A stretch of 62,000 nucleotides of DNA from Chiloscyllium plagiosum. Lineage: Eukaryota. Made by a program: the position numbers and the translations under genes. The notes beneath the pieces are model-generated. The model did not search any database. It saw nothing but the letters and a program-made list of their open reading frames with translations, and was not told the DNA's origin. Shown here piece by piece: positions 47,362 to 60,619 of this stretch. The stretch's first letter is position 1. The number at the start of each line of letters is the position of its first letter. Where the stretch lies: assembly GCF_004010195.1 (NCBI RefSeq), contig NC_057758.1, positions 337,598 to 399,597 of the forward strand, written 5' to 3'.

Positions 47362-48299
47362 GTAGGACAGGGCAGCGTACTGTCGACGGCAAAATACAAA
47401 TTTTCATCCAGTTCTGCAATTTTCTGTCAGATCTCAATTTTAAATGCAGCTTTACCTCAAGTAACGAAAACTTTTCATTTCCAATATGATCGGATGTCAA
47501 TTTGAAAGAACAAATTCCTTGTGGAGAATATAAAATCAACGTATCAAATATTGGGAAGCGAGGAGAGTAAAGAGGTTCAGGAACAGCATCTGGGAGTTTG
47601 GATAGGGATATGCATGGCACGGCTGTTCATGAGGGAATGATTCTCCAGACTGTTCTCCAGTGTATTCTCCAGACTTCGGAGGAGCGCAGAGTTCATACAG
47701 GGGGCAGGGACTGGGAAAATAAAGAGAAATAGTGCGGGATATCGGGGCTACTGTAAGTTATAGAGTGGGCTGTTATGGTCTGAAAAGTATTACACTGCTA
47801 GGGTTGAGTGGACAGACTGGAGGACTTTACAGAGACAGGGAAATGTATAGAGGCTGTGTGAGGTTACCAATATTAATAACAAGTCTTGCCACTCTGACAC
47901 AATAGTATAAATCATTGATAAAAGTGGTGAGGTGGTTCTGGATGCCCCTGATTAACTGTAGGAGATTTCCTTCTCTTTTTCTATGATTCAGGATTCAGAA
48001 TGGAGATGGAGAACACGAGCCGGAGAGCAAGATACTCTCGGGTCTACTTCAAAAAAGACATCTTCTTGGAATGAAGTCACAAAAGGCTCCAGATTAAAGT
48101 TTTAATCTCATCCTCTGGCACACTTGGCACGAACCCTGTATGCCTTGGCATTGCAAGTGCACATATAAGCACTTGTTCAATGTTGTGAGGTTTTCTGCAG
48201 CCATCACCTTTATATTTAAGTTGATTTATTTTAGTCACATGGACTCAATTACAGTGAAAAGCTTTCATTTCAGAGCAGATCATAAGAAAAGCTTGCCTC

Positions 48300-50080
48300 A
48301 GGAGTCTGCGGCCTGCATTTTAATTGCAGAAAGGTTGACGAGAACAATGACTGGGGTCGCCTGGAAGGTAAATAAATCATTCAAAAAGCTGATATATTCG
48401 GGCAGCGGCTGAACTCGAGACATTACACCTGTAGTGTCTTCCACCCGCCCTCCTCCTCTAACCAAATAAACATACTCTGTGGTGTGTTTGTAAGGTAAGG
48501 AGTTTCAGTTTTTTTTTAATTTTATCGTGTGATTGGTAAAAAGTTTCTTCCTTTTTTTTAACTTAGTCTCAATTTAAAGCTTACGATTAAAAATGGCAGG
48601 AGATCTCAGAACCGTGATTATGATCCTCTTGCTCAATATGGGAGCTGAGGAACACATTGGCTGTCTCCTTCAGGAACAGTTCATTTGCCCACTTGCATCT
48701 CTTGTTAGATCATATGACGTCTCTGGAGCTGCGGATGGACTCACTTTGGAGCATATGCAATAATGATGGGATTGTGGATAGTGTGTTCAGTGAATTGGTC
48801 ACACCTCAGATTAGGATTGCTGAGGGAGAAAGGGAATATTTTGTCAAAAGCCAGCGAAAGAGCAGGAAGGCTGTGGAGGTGTCTCCTGCAGTCATCTCCC
48901 TTCGAAACAGGAGTACGATTTTGAATACTGTGGCAGGAGATTGTTAACCAGGAGAAGGCAGCAGTTCATGGCACCGTGGCTGGCTCTGCTGTTCAGACAT
49001 GTGACAAAAAGAGTGCATGGCTATAGCCATAGAGGATGCACTTGTAAGAAGGTGGAGATAGCTGTTTCTGTGGTCGAAAAGGCGACACCTCAATGGTATG
49101 TTCCGTCCAGCTGCACGCATCAGGGATGTCTCGGATCAGATGCAGAAAACTCTCAAGAGGGTAGGTAAACAGCCCGCTGTAGTTTTGCATGTAGGCACCA
49201 AAGGGATAGGCTAAAAAAAAAAACGGGAAAAGTTCCTACAACCAAAATTAGGGAATTATCAGCCAAGTTAAAATGTAAGACATCAGAGGTAATAATCTCA
49301 GCAATGCGACCAGTGCCACATGATGGTCAGAGTTGGATAGAATTAGCTCGCTGAATGAACGGCAAGGGAAATGGTGCACGAGGGACAGGTTCAGATGTTT
49401 GATATCAGTTCTGGATAAAGTGGGACTATCACAAATTGGATGGTCTACACCTGGGCCGGACTGGAACCCATGCCTATGGGGGTGTTTTTGTTGAAGCTGC
49501 TGGTGGTGGTTTAACCTAATGTGGCAAGGCGATGAAAACCAAGTAAGGAGGTTAGTGGACAGGAAGGATGTTGTAACTAAAACATGCAAGGAACCAAATA
49601 ATGAAGTCACCGTAATTATGGTGAAGAGTAGGCAGGGAGCACAGGATGAACGCACAGTGACTGAAGGCCTTAGGTGCTTTTGTTTTAAGGAAACAAATAT
49701 AGTAGATAAGGCAGATGAACTTAGGGCTTGGATTAGTGCTTGAGAGTATGGTGTTATTGCTATTGCTGAGACTTGATTGAGGAGAGGTCATGACTGGCAA
49801 CAAAATATCCCAGGATAACGATGATTCAGGCGGGATAGGGAGAGAGACAAAGGGGGTGGATGAGTTGCATTCTTGAAACTCGTTGACAGAGATAGCTGTG
49901 GGGCCAGAAACTCTCTGTATGTAAGTAAGGCTGAGATGGATAGATTCTTGAAATGCCTGGGAATCAAGTGTTACAGACTAATTGCAGGAATAGGGTTGTT
50001 GGAACAGGCATGCTGTTGTTGAAAATCATAGCAAGTATGTGGTGCCCAATGGCCTATTCCTGGTCCTATCTCTTACGGTT
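48300..50080 (+). mobile_element. CR1 5' UTR + ORF1 (esterase) + APE start joined to a 3' end
   Basis: LELRMDSLWSI, SPAVISLRNRSTILNTV, DGLHLGRTG, NIVDKADELRAWI, IAIAET; 3' hairpin cccaatggcctattcctggtcctat. Confidence 0.88.
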
Positions 50081-50411
50081 TTTACCTCGGCTATATTTCA
50101 GAATTAAATATTCATTGTTCACATCACTCTGAAATTGTGGGAAACACTGACGAGAGACAAAGGGAAACAGAAAGAAACAGATGAGAGAGAGAAATCAGGG
50201 AAACCATCCGAGGTAGAGACATACGATAGACAGAGTCATAAGATAGTTTGAGACAAAATGCAAGAGCAGGAGTGAAAGGCAGAGTGAGCTACTGGGAAGG
50301 AGGCACATCAGGAAAGATGAAGAATTGAACAAAATCACCAGTAGCAACTTCTAGAATCCCAATACCTCTCAGAGTGTGGGACAGGCATGTAAAGATCAAT
50401 AAGTGAAATCA

Positions 50412-51229
50412 TTGTTTTAATGCGAGTGTGAAAGCTGTGAATTTACGCACAATCATCTCCAAGCATTGGCCACACAGTAATGGCAAGTGAAATCGAGGGG
50501 CAGTTCTGAGGGTAAATATCAAAGTCTCCTTGAGGGAAATGCTTGGGGTAGTGAGAGGTTCACTTACTGGTAGAGATCGAATGATGGCAACTGGCAGAAG
50601 GCTGAGTTGAGGAATGTGATGATGCTGCCAATTTAACAATGCTATTTTGCCCTTTTTTTTAAAGACACAGATGCTGATATATCTGAACTGGCTACTTTAA
50701 TAATGGCTAACAGGTACTGTCCAACTCAAAGATCAATGTAGGCATTCAGGATCTTTAAACAATTCTACAATGACTTGGGGAGGGTGGTGACCAGTTCTCC
50801 CAGTTTAGTGCTGTTTAACATTTGTTTTAATTTTAGCTGAGGACCACGAAAAAAAAAGCGAGTGGAATGAAAATAGGGCCCACGTTGCTTCTCCCTATGA
50901 CGTCTGTTTCATAAAAAAAGTGTTTGAAGTTTATTTTTTTTTTGCAAAATGGCGTGCTTATGGCGTGTTGAAGGAGATCAGAACAGCCATTTATAAAGTG
51001 AGATCGTGTTGGTTGGTTTTCAAATCATTGTTATGGTTAATTTTGTTTTCTTCTGTTTGCGTTTCATTCGGTAGTGAGCAAAGAATTTCTGTATTGCCTA
51101 TAATTGAGTGGTTTGACCAACTTCATCATGCCTGAAATATCCACTTTGTACGTGCTTTAAACGACTACACAATTTAGGGTCTGGGTTAACTTCTTCCAAT
51201 GTTTTGAGGCGGCCTGGCGTGGACCATAA
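50412..51229 (+). mobile_element. Solo LTR-like element
   Basis: The 3' ~200 bp align with the 3' end of the 41814-42397 LTR; the 5' boundary is uncertain. Confidence 0.55.
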
Positions 51230-51329
51230 AAGGAATGAGTATACTTGTTTTCAATGTTACCTGAACGCTGCTGTGGAAGGTGTATTCAGAAGTTCACACA
51301 GTCGTTAAATACAGCATTCGAAATAGAGG

Positions 51330-52137
51330 TGTCATTGCAAAGGAAAGTCACATCACAACTAGCCGGAATAGAGAATCGACGATTTAGACATAAACTCTCA
51401 GCTTCCGTTAAAGATGGAAATACAATATGTTTGCAGAATTGCAATGGGTTTAAAGACGGACTTTTACTGCTTTTTCTCATCACAAATATCGCCTCAACAA
51501 ATAGCAGACAATCGTAATTCTGAGGCGTCTTTAGATCCGCCTTAAAAAGTAATTGCCACCTTTCTAAAATTGGTTTGTTGCTTCCGAGATCTACACAACT
51601 GTGGGATATGAACCCTGATCTACTGGATTAAAGATAGAGAAACATCCATGGCACCATTAGAGCTATCAATAGCTTGCATGCTACTGTTATGTCTTTAAGA
51701 ATAGCTCAATGTGAGAAAATCAGCCGGAGACTGTTTCTGTCATTGCAAAGGAAAGTCACATCACAACTAGCCGGAATAGAGAATCGACGATTTAGACATA
51801 AACTCTCAGCTTCCGTTAAAGATGGAAATACAATATGTTTGCAGAATTGCAATGGGTTTAAAGACGGACTTTTACTGCTTTTTCTCATCACAAAGATCGC
51901 CTCAACAAATAGCATACAATCGTAATTCTGATGCGTCTTTAGATCCGCCTTAAAAAGTAATTGCCACCTTTCTAAAATTGGTTTGTTGCTTCCGACAATT
52001 GTAGGATATGAACCCTGATCTACTGGATTAAAGAAAGAGAAACATCCATGGCACCATTAGAGCTATCAGTAGCTTGCATGCTACTGTTATGTCTTTAAGA
52101 ACAGCTCAATGTGAGAAAATCAGCCGGAGACTGTTTC
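51330..52137. repeat. Tandem duplication, 408 bp + 400 bp
   Basis: 51330-51737 vs 51738-52137; about 8 substitutions and one 8-bp indel. Confidence 0.95.
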
Positions 52138-52168
52138 CCTCATCGATACAATAGCAATCGATACAATA

Positions 52169-52419
52169 TTAAAAATCACACAACACCAGGTTATAGTCCA
52201 ACAGTTTTAATTGGAAGCACACTAGCTTTCGGAGCGATGCTCTTTCATCAGGTGATTGTGGAGGACTCGATCGTTACGATTGAGCCCTCCACAATCACCT
52301 GATGAAGGAGCGTCGCTCCGAAAGCTAGTGTGCTTCCAATTAAAACTGTTGGACTATAACCTGGTGTTGTGTGATTTTTAACTTTGTACACCCCAGTCCA
52401 ATACCGGCATCTCCAAATC
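52169..52419. mobile_element. Palindromic Penelope-derived mini-element with a hammerhead on each strand
   Basis: 52169-52381 is a 213-bp palindrome centred on 52275 (4 non-Watson-Crick pairs), plus a 3' tail to 52419. TSD AATC(G/A)ATACAAT at 52156-52167 and 52420-52431. Confidence 0.9.
52299..52327 (+). ncRNA. Minimal type I hammerhead ribozyme core
   Basis: CUGAUGA-A-GGAGC(GUC)GCUCC-GAAA-GC-UA with a perfect stem II; short stem I (CAC/GUG). Confidence 0.7.
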
Positions 52420-52719
52420 AATCAATACAATGTTCTGGAGGTGGACAAAATTAGCAGAATTACTTCTATTTCAGCGAAGTGAGTCGAAACAATCTCTGAT
52501 GACATGGCCATTATTCGGTCTGTTAAGAGTTGACCTCTGACATAGATCTTATGGGCCATTAGGCTCCATTTTGTCTTTTCCAATCTCTTCCACCCGAAAC
52601 ATACTAAAACAGCCATCCCATAATGAGAAGCCCACCGCATGCTCAGAATTTGATTGGATGAGTGGGAACGTGACGGACACCTGAAAATGTTGAATGATGC
52701 CCTCATAAGAACAGTAAAC

Positions 52720-54680
52720 AATGCTTAGCTATTAGATCGCCAATTCCATCGTGCCACAGGAAAAGACCGCAATGACCATAGTTCTATTAATTTTAACATA
52801 GTTGTGGAGAGGCACAAAAGTGTTCCAAGCGTTCTAGTTCTAAACTGTGGCAAGGCGAAGTTGGGTGGAATCAGAAAGAAGCCTGCAAGTGTTCATTTGT
52901 GTAGTTTGTTGACCGGCAAAGCAACCTTCGGCAAGTGGGAGGTTTATAAAACAGAAATAGCTAGAACTCCAGGATTATATGTTCCTGTGTGGGTGAAGGG
53001 AAATATTGTTAAGAATAGGGAACACTGAAGGAGGAGAAATATTGATGTTTTCATTGTAAAAGAAAGACGTTTGTTTCAAAGTATAGTCAGTAGGGATCAA
53101 TGGACTCAAAGGAGATTACTGAAGAAGGGACGGGGGAAAGAGGGCACGAAATAGGTTTGGTTGAGAACACTACGATGAATTCAAACAGCTAATTAATGTA
53201 TATTAAAGCAAAAAAAAAAGAGAGAAAATATGACCCCTCGAGGATCAAAGTGGACATGAACATGCAGAACCGCAGGAGGTGGGCGAGGTTCTGACTGAAC
53301 ATGTCTCCTTTGTGTTTACCATGGAGGAAGACATGAAGATTCGACACTTGACGAAGTTCGTGGTGCTGTCTTGGTGGTAGTCCTTATCAGAATGGAGGAG
53401 GTGTTGTCCATGTTAGAATGGATGAAGTTGGATAAATCTCCAGCTTCTGAAAACAGTCTCTGCAAGAGACTAAAGATGAAATTGCGGGGGCCCTGGCTGA
53501 TATCTTGGCATTATTGCTAGGCAAGGGTGATGTCCTAGAAGAGTGGATGCTAGTGAATGTTAAGCCATGATTTAAGAAGGGTTGCAAAAAAAAGCATGGG
53601 AATTATGTAACAGCAAGCTTATCATCTCTGTTGGAAAAGCTATATGAGGCGATTATTAAGGATAAGAACAATTGCATTTCGAAATACAGAGTTTGGTTAG
53701 GACAAGTCAGTGTGGCTTTGCAAGTGGGAGATCATGCCTCAGAAATTTGTTCTAGTTCTTCACTGAAGTGATAAAGAAGCTTGATGAGGACGGGCTGGTA
53801 AATGTAGTATACACAGAATTCAGTCAGGCCTTTGATTAGTTTCCACATAGTAGGCTGCTCTGGAAGATTAAATGACGTGGAATTCAGGACGACCTGGCAA
53901 ACTGCACGCAAAATAGGCTTAATGATTGACAACAGAGTGTAATAGTGGAAGGGTACTTGTTGGACTGGAAGCATGTGGCTCGTGGAATGCTTCATGAATC
54001 AGTGCTAAGCCCCATAAATGTTTGTTATCTCTATCAATCATTTCGATGAGAATGATAAGTAAGTTTGCTGATGACACTAAAATGGGCGGATCGGGATCAG
54101 TGAGAAAGATTGTCAGAAATTGCAGCTGGACCTTGATCAGCTGAGAAAATGAACCGAGAAATGGCAAATGGAGTTCAATATACATTTGTGTAATGCCTTG
54201 CGTTTTGGAAAGTGAATCAAGTTCTGAGTTTTATGGTGAATTGCAGGGTCTTAATGAGTGAAGGGGAATAGAGGGATCATGGAGTTAATGGAGTCACACG
54301 TCGGCAGAGGGATGAAGAAGGCTATTGGCTCACTGGTTTTCATCAGTCATGGCACTGAGTGTCAAAGCTAGGAAGTTATGTTACAGTTAAATGTGACGTT
54401 GGGGACGCTGCACTTGTAGTATTGTGTTCAGTTTTGTTCACTTTGTTGTTGGTAGGATGATATCAAATATGTAAAGAGAGCAGACGAAATTCACAAGGAC
54501 TTTGCCTGGACACAATGAAATGAGTTATAGGGAGAGGTTACACAAGCTGGTAACTTTTTGTTTGAAGCATTGTAGACGTGGGGGGTGGGGGGCAACCTTA
54601 TGGTTGTGTGAAGACAATGACAACATGGATAGGATGAATGGTCTCAGTATTTTTCCAAGTGTTGGGGATTCGATGATGAA
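52720..54680 (+). mobile_element. Degenerate CR1 ORF2
   Basis: DKSP, GRSCLRNL, SKFADDTK, KWQMEFN, YCVQF, PGHNEMSYRERL. Confidence 0.9.
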
Positions 54681-54684
54681 TACC

Positions 54685-55870
54685 TCATCACAATCTTCTC
54701 TACGCCTCGAAATCTCGCTTTCTGAACATTAAACAGCCCACTGCTGGAAGGATATTTCTTAATGTTCAGGACAACATCGACCACAATACCATATAATCGT
54801 GCTCTGGCAACCTGCGCATAAAATCTCAGATCATCGACATGAACAAACAGTCACACGTGGGAACATTACTCACGGCGGACAAGCAGGTACTCACGCAACT
54901 CTGCCAATGTCGTCTATCTTATAAGATGCAGTCAACGACTCCTGGAGGCATGGTATATTGTAGTTAGCATGCAGTCGCTATGACAACGGACGAATGGACA
55001 CAAATAAGCACACAGACGCGTTCGCTACAAACTGGCGAACATTTTGGCAGTTCAGTACATTCTGCTTCCAATCTTTGGGGAGAAGCTGAAAGGTATGTTT
55101 TGTTCTGATGACGACTGCTTCAGTCGTGATGTTAGGTTCATGTCAGTGTACAGGAAATCCCACCACACAATATATTCACACACAGAGACTCACACACACA
55201 CACACTGCAACTTACACAAGCTCTCTACTACAATCAAACACTCACACATGCAGACTCACACTCGCGTATGCATCCACACGTACAATCTCTCAAATGCACA
55301 CACACTCGAACCCTCCCAAATGCATGCGCACACATTCACACCTTCTCAAATGCACAGACATTCTCTCTCTGTCATGCATGCACATTCATACTCTCTCACT
55401 TTCACTCATGCAAGCTCTCTCATACACAGTCGCACTCTTTCTCTGACACACGGACATGTACACACACACACAGGCACACACGCACACACACATATGCACA
55501 CACACGAATTATTTCATTGAAGATTATATTCAGTTAAATCAAAACCTGAGCTCAGCTTAAAACATAGTCAGAGTCGAAGTGGGTCTTTATACCTGAAGCT
55601 CATTGTCCAATCTGAGAAGTCACCTCACTGATAAAATATTTTATTATCCAAGGGCAAAGATTTGAAAAGAATCCACGTTTTGCATTTTAGCAAGCAGTCT
55701 ACCACCTACCTCAACAAGGACAGCTAGTTTTATTTTTTTCACAATTGACTTATAAATGCTGTGTCTTATACTTCGCTATCAAAGCACTCCTCACGAAGGA
55801 GCTGAGCTCCGACTGCTTGCAATATCAAATAAATCTGGTAAACTATAACCGAGTGTCATTTGATTTTTCA
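54685..55870 (+). mobile_element. Penelope-like element 3' fragment (GIY-YIG) with decayed pLTR
   Basis: YSRNSANVVYLIRCSQRLLEAWYI...QRTNGH...GEHFGSSVHSASNL; decayed core cacgaaggagctgagctccgac near 55792, same family as 52299. Confidence 0.8.
55160..55505. repeat. CA-rich low-complexity tract
   Basis: Decayed (CA)n / (CACT)n. Confidence 0.85.
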
Positions 55871-58216
55871 TCAGATTTCAACAAAAACTGCATTTTCACA
55901 CGGTAATGACTGGAAAGGCTCCAGCATCTCATTATGCACGTGCTGTGGAGCAGGCAAAACCTCCTCAACTATTTGAAGAATGAAGTCTAAAACCGAACTT
56001 TTCTCATTTTATAGGCAATTGTGGAGTGAAGTGGATAGTCCAGGTCTGACTCACTTGTTCAAACGGCTCGGCTTTAAGCAAAACAGAATTCATTTAAACA
56101 CTGCATTTGAAACATGATCAAATAAAAAGCATCCTTTAGAATATATTAAATACTGGTAAACGTAACTGACCGATCAAAGCAACAAGCACTAATTAATCCT
56201 TCCAATACTGCAACACCCCACAAACATACCTCTTGGGATAAAGGGAAATTCAAACATTGATTATTATAGGCAGAGGGGCGAACATCGACAGACACTTCAG
56301 AACAAGTTCAGAGGGTTTTTTTTTTTAATTGAAGCTTACAACACCCCTAAACGCTCACCTTTTATGACTGTTACAGGTAAAACAAACAAGAAATTTTAAA
56401 AAAAAACTGAACTGGGAGAATTGGACACTCCACTTCCATTGCTAAACTTGACACTTTCTAAAAGTTTGGCACCTCTTTTTTGATATTCCACCATCCCCTG
56501 AAGCCGCTTGTCTTTCTGCAGTAAATTCCTGAGTGGAACAACCACAATGCTGAAATTCAGTACGATTTACCGAGAAAGCCCATGCAATTTCATGAATCGT
56601 GGTATTAATAGCTTTATCAATGTTATCATTCATTGGTGCCATCTGTCCATGTCTGATAACATGACCCGAAAATGTGAAAACAAAAGTTATTGTGGAGTGT
56701 CCCATACGATCGAGGAAGAAATCTGGGCGACTAATCGTGGAATTGCGCGTGTGTAATTCTCTTTAATTCTGGTTTATAAACAAGCTGGTCTACCGATGTC
56801 GATTAAATAGTTCTGTTAAATTCTACAAATGCTCTGTCCACGTGAGACAAGGTCGTGGAACTTTACCACACAAATTGGTAATCCAAAAATAACTTTTTTG
56901 GTTAGTCTTTGAAACGTGTCTAATGCGTTTGTCATGCCAATTAAATTGATACATCCCATTTAGTGAGCTGAAATCCAAAGTTGATTGGCTCTTTTGGATA
57001 TAAGTATCTGCTGCGATCCTCCACTTAAGTCCACTTTCTCAATACAGTCTTTCAAACGTGGATGTGAATCGGACTTCGTAGCTGCATTGAATTTCCAATA
57101 GTCTACACATAATCGTTGGGTATCATTCATTATATTTTCTTGGAGCATGCATTCAATTTCGTTTTGAACCTCTGCCAAATTTACAGGGTTTAGTCGAGAA
57201 AGATTTTCTTTCATAGAAACAGCAAATCGTAAATCAACATCACCCACAATTAGATTAGTACTTCTTAGCCAAAGTCCATGCAACAGCAAAAACGAAATCA
57301 CGGATTTGTTCTCCAAACCGATGTGTTTTTCTGCAACCAGTCATCACCTCGGTAGCAATCACATCTTCAGGGTGGCTTTAGTTAAGCAATCCCTAACTCG
57401 TCCAAACTTCTGCCCTCTAAATTCTGAAACTGCAATTCCTCCTTATTTAATTACAGCGGTCCTCCAACCTCAGACTCAGAAACCAAATGAAATTGACTGA
57501 ATTTAGTCGATTCATTTCTTGCATCTCAAATAGCAAACATTCTTTATCCCAGTCATGTGGGTAATCTTGTCAGTTAGCAAAAATTCAATTACTTCCTTAT
57601 ACATTCCAGTAGAGTAAAATGTTTTTTTTAACGCAGAAATGACATCCTAATGGTAATTCGTCCCATACCTTCTTTCCAAAACCCCATAGCAATACATTTT
57701 GATGAACTTCTTCGCATTTCTCAATTGACTGAATACGTGCTGGCCTCCATTTCCTCATTAAAATATCATATTTATGATACCAACATTCAGGGATACATAG
57801 AGAGGCTTGTTCCGGCTACGCTTTTCATGCAAGTGGTTCAGTTTTGCATCTTCGCACTATGACTCAGTTATTTTCTCTGAGCTAAAGCTATCCAATTTCA
57901 CCTCCAGCTCACCCTGTTTTGTTTGCATAATTGAATCAAAATTGGTCTTTGATAACTCTAATTCAACTTCCTTGCCTGCATTCTTTGATTTCTTCTCCAG
58001 TTTCAAATATTGACTTTGTGACCTTGTTGTCATAGCGTCAGAACAAAAAAATCCCAGGGTATGCTTCTGTCACACCTCCAGTGCTTGAGTTTCCACTGGT
58101 TTTCGTAAGCAAGTATACGTTATCTTCCTGGAGTCGTGAGTTTTTTCCAGTACACCTACTAACACTTTTCCACTTTTTACCATATGCCCTAAACTCACTC
58201 TGGATAATGTAGTACT

Positions 58217-58527
58217 TAGATCGAGTTGAATCCCTACAGTTTGGAGACTGTCCCTTTATCCCAACAAGTCCACCGAGGAGAAACGCACCAAGAGCCATTC
58301 TCCTACCCTATTACTCTGCATTTATACCTGACTAATGTACCTAACCTACGCATCCCTGAACACTATGGGCAATTTAGCATAGCCAATTCATCTTTACATT
58401 GTGGGAGGAAGCCGGAGCACTCAGACACGGGGAGAACGTGGAAACTCCACACAGAGTGTCGTCCGAGTCGAACCCGGGTCCATGGCTGTGAGACTGCAGT
58501 GCTAACCATTGAGCCACTGAGCCACCA
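58217..58527 (-). mobile_element. V-SINE (older)
   Basis: gggcaatttagcatagccaattca...gtgggaggaagccggagcac...gtgctaaccattgagccac. Confidence 0.85.
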
Positions 58528-59180
58528 ACCCACTATGCCCCCCCCCCCCCCCCACCCCGCCCGTGCCACCTGTTGATTCACTATGTATTCTCCATGCTAG
58601 CATTTTTTTCTGGCAATTCCCCTTTCGAGTTTCTCTCTCCTCATCTATCAACATCAACGTTTGATATGATCTCTTTTGTCATAGTTCTGTAATGAGTTTA
58701 CCTAGTGCTCCAAGCCAGTAACCTTGACATTCACAAGTACATGATTGAAGATGATCTGACACTTCCTCCTTAAACAACATCCGTCCTGGTTCTCCGTTCT
58801 GGTGCAGCTTTTACTGATTCAACAAAATTCATCGGTTTTCTCCTGTTTTCCTACGTCAGCTTTCGCAGTCTTTTATTCTGGACCAGAGCATTTTCACTTC
58901 ATGGTGCCAACTTTATTGCAGTGAAAATAACGGTGCTTTTTAACTTCTATTTCCACTTTCACAGTTTCCTTTTTAATGTTTTGTTAGCTATCTTTATTAC
59001 CTTCGCAGATATCTAAATTTCCCACGTCACCTGAGGATTTCTATTTTCACCAATTTCTATCTCTCAAGAATGGAAATGAATGTTGCCTGTTTTCCTAATT
59101 GAGCTCTCAGTATCTCAGAAAGTGAATTTTTGAACAGCTCAAAAATAATCGGCGAAGAGTATCATCTATTCCAAAAGGCT

Positions 59181-59396
59181 AGTTTGCACATTCTCCCCGT
59201 GTCTGCGTGGGTTTCCTCCGGGTGCTCCGGTTTCCTCCCACAGTCCAAAGATGGGCAGGTCAGGTGAACTGGCCATGCTAAGTTGCCCGTAGTGTTAGGT
59301 AAGGGGTAAATGTATGGGTGGGTTGCGCTTCGGCGGGTCGGTGTGGTCTTGTTGCGCCGAAGGGCCTGTTTCCACATTGTAATGTAATCTAATCTA
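59181..59396 (+). mobile_element. 5'-truncated young V-SINE
   Basis: Starts inside the V-domain and ends in (AATCT)n. Confidence 0.92.
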
Positions 59397-60619
59397 AAAA
59401 AAACCTATCAAAATGGATATATTCCTGACCAGGGTCCGGCCGTAGAATCATGAAAATTTGTCTGGCAAAGGTACATATGCACTCAAAATGGCCTTCCTCA
59501 CTTCCTCATAATCCCCAATTATCTTCAGTGGTAGTGACGCAAATACCACACTACCTCTACCTATTTGCTTTTTTTTGGATCAACAAAACTCAGATACTCA
59601 CTGGCAACTGCAACTCTTTAGCGATTTCCTCGAATCAAAAAGTAAAAGATTCGACATCCTTCTCATCGAATTCAGCAACGCTTGCATATATTTAGACAGA
59701 TCGACACCATATCTGGCAATGATCGGACTGCTCATCCTTACTATCCTACTCACTAACCCGACCTTCTATCTTCAACTCCATACTTTTAAGTCGAATTTCC
59801 TGTTTACATTCTAATTTCTGACGTTCTAGCTCTCTCTCTCTTCCTTCCATTCTTCTGCTTGGACATTCCTATCCTTTTCTTTTTGTTCTGTTGAAGTGTT
59901 TCTTTTTCCATTTCTTTGCGTTATGCAAGGGCAATTTGGAAATTTTGATTTTCCTCTGCTTTTTACCATAATTCAAACTGTTCCATTTCCTTTTCAAATT
60001 CAAGCTGCCTCGTCTGTAATTGAATTCTCACTATTTCCAAAGATTCTGATGGCGTGTCCATCAAATAAAATTCTGCGCAATTGACGGAAGTGCCAATTTT
60101 TCAGAAATACAGATAACTGCAACTGCAGTTTGTCTCAGAATCCTAACGGCTTTGCTTTGCTCAACAATTGTAAAACCCACAGCGTCACTTCAGAAGACCC
60201 GAGGTGACTGAAAGCGCCATGAATACACCAAGCACTGTTGTAACCAATTGAATTCCACACCTGGAACAAAAGACACTAACACCTACCACTCGCCAACTTG
60301 TAGTCTAACAACTCCAAGTAGAATTATACAATCAATCCTGAAAAGAGCTTCCGAACTGTTATGGAACAGACCAGACGCCCTCAGAATATTTTAAGGAAGT
60401 AGAATTGACCCGATTTTTTTCGTATTTTAAAGGCAGATTCGAAGTGAATACTCCAGGTGTAAAACAGCGGGCCAAACTACTCTCCTTGAACCAAAACAGA
60501 GTTCACATAAACACTGTAGTTGAAACATGAACAAAAAAAAACTGAATTTGGAACGTGTGCTGGAAATTGTTACCGCACCTTTCACGGAGAATGCTGTGTG
60601 ACTGTTCAAAGGGTAAAAA

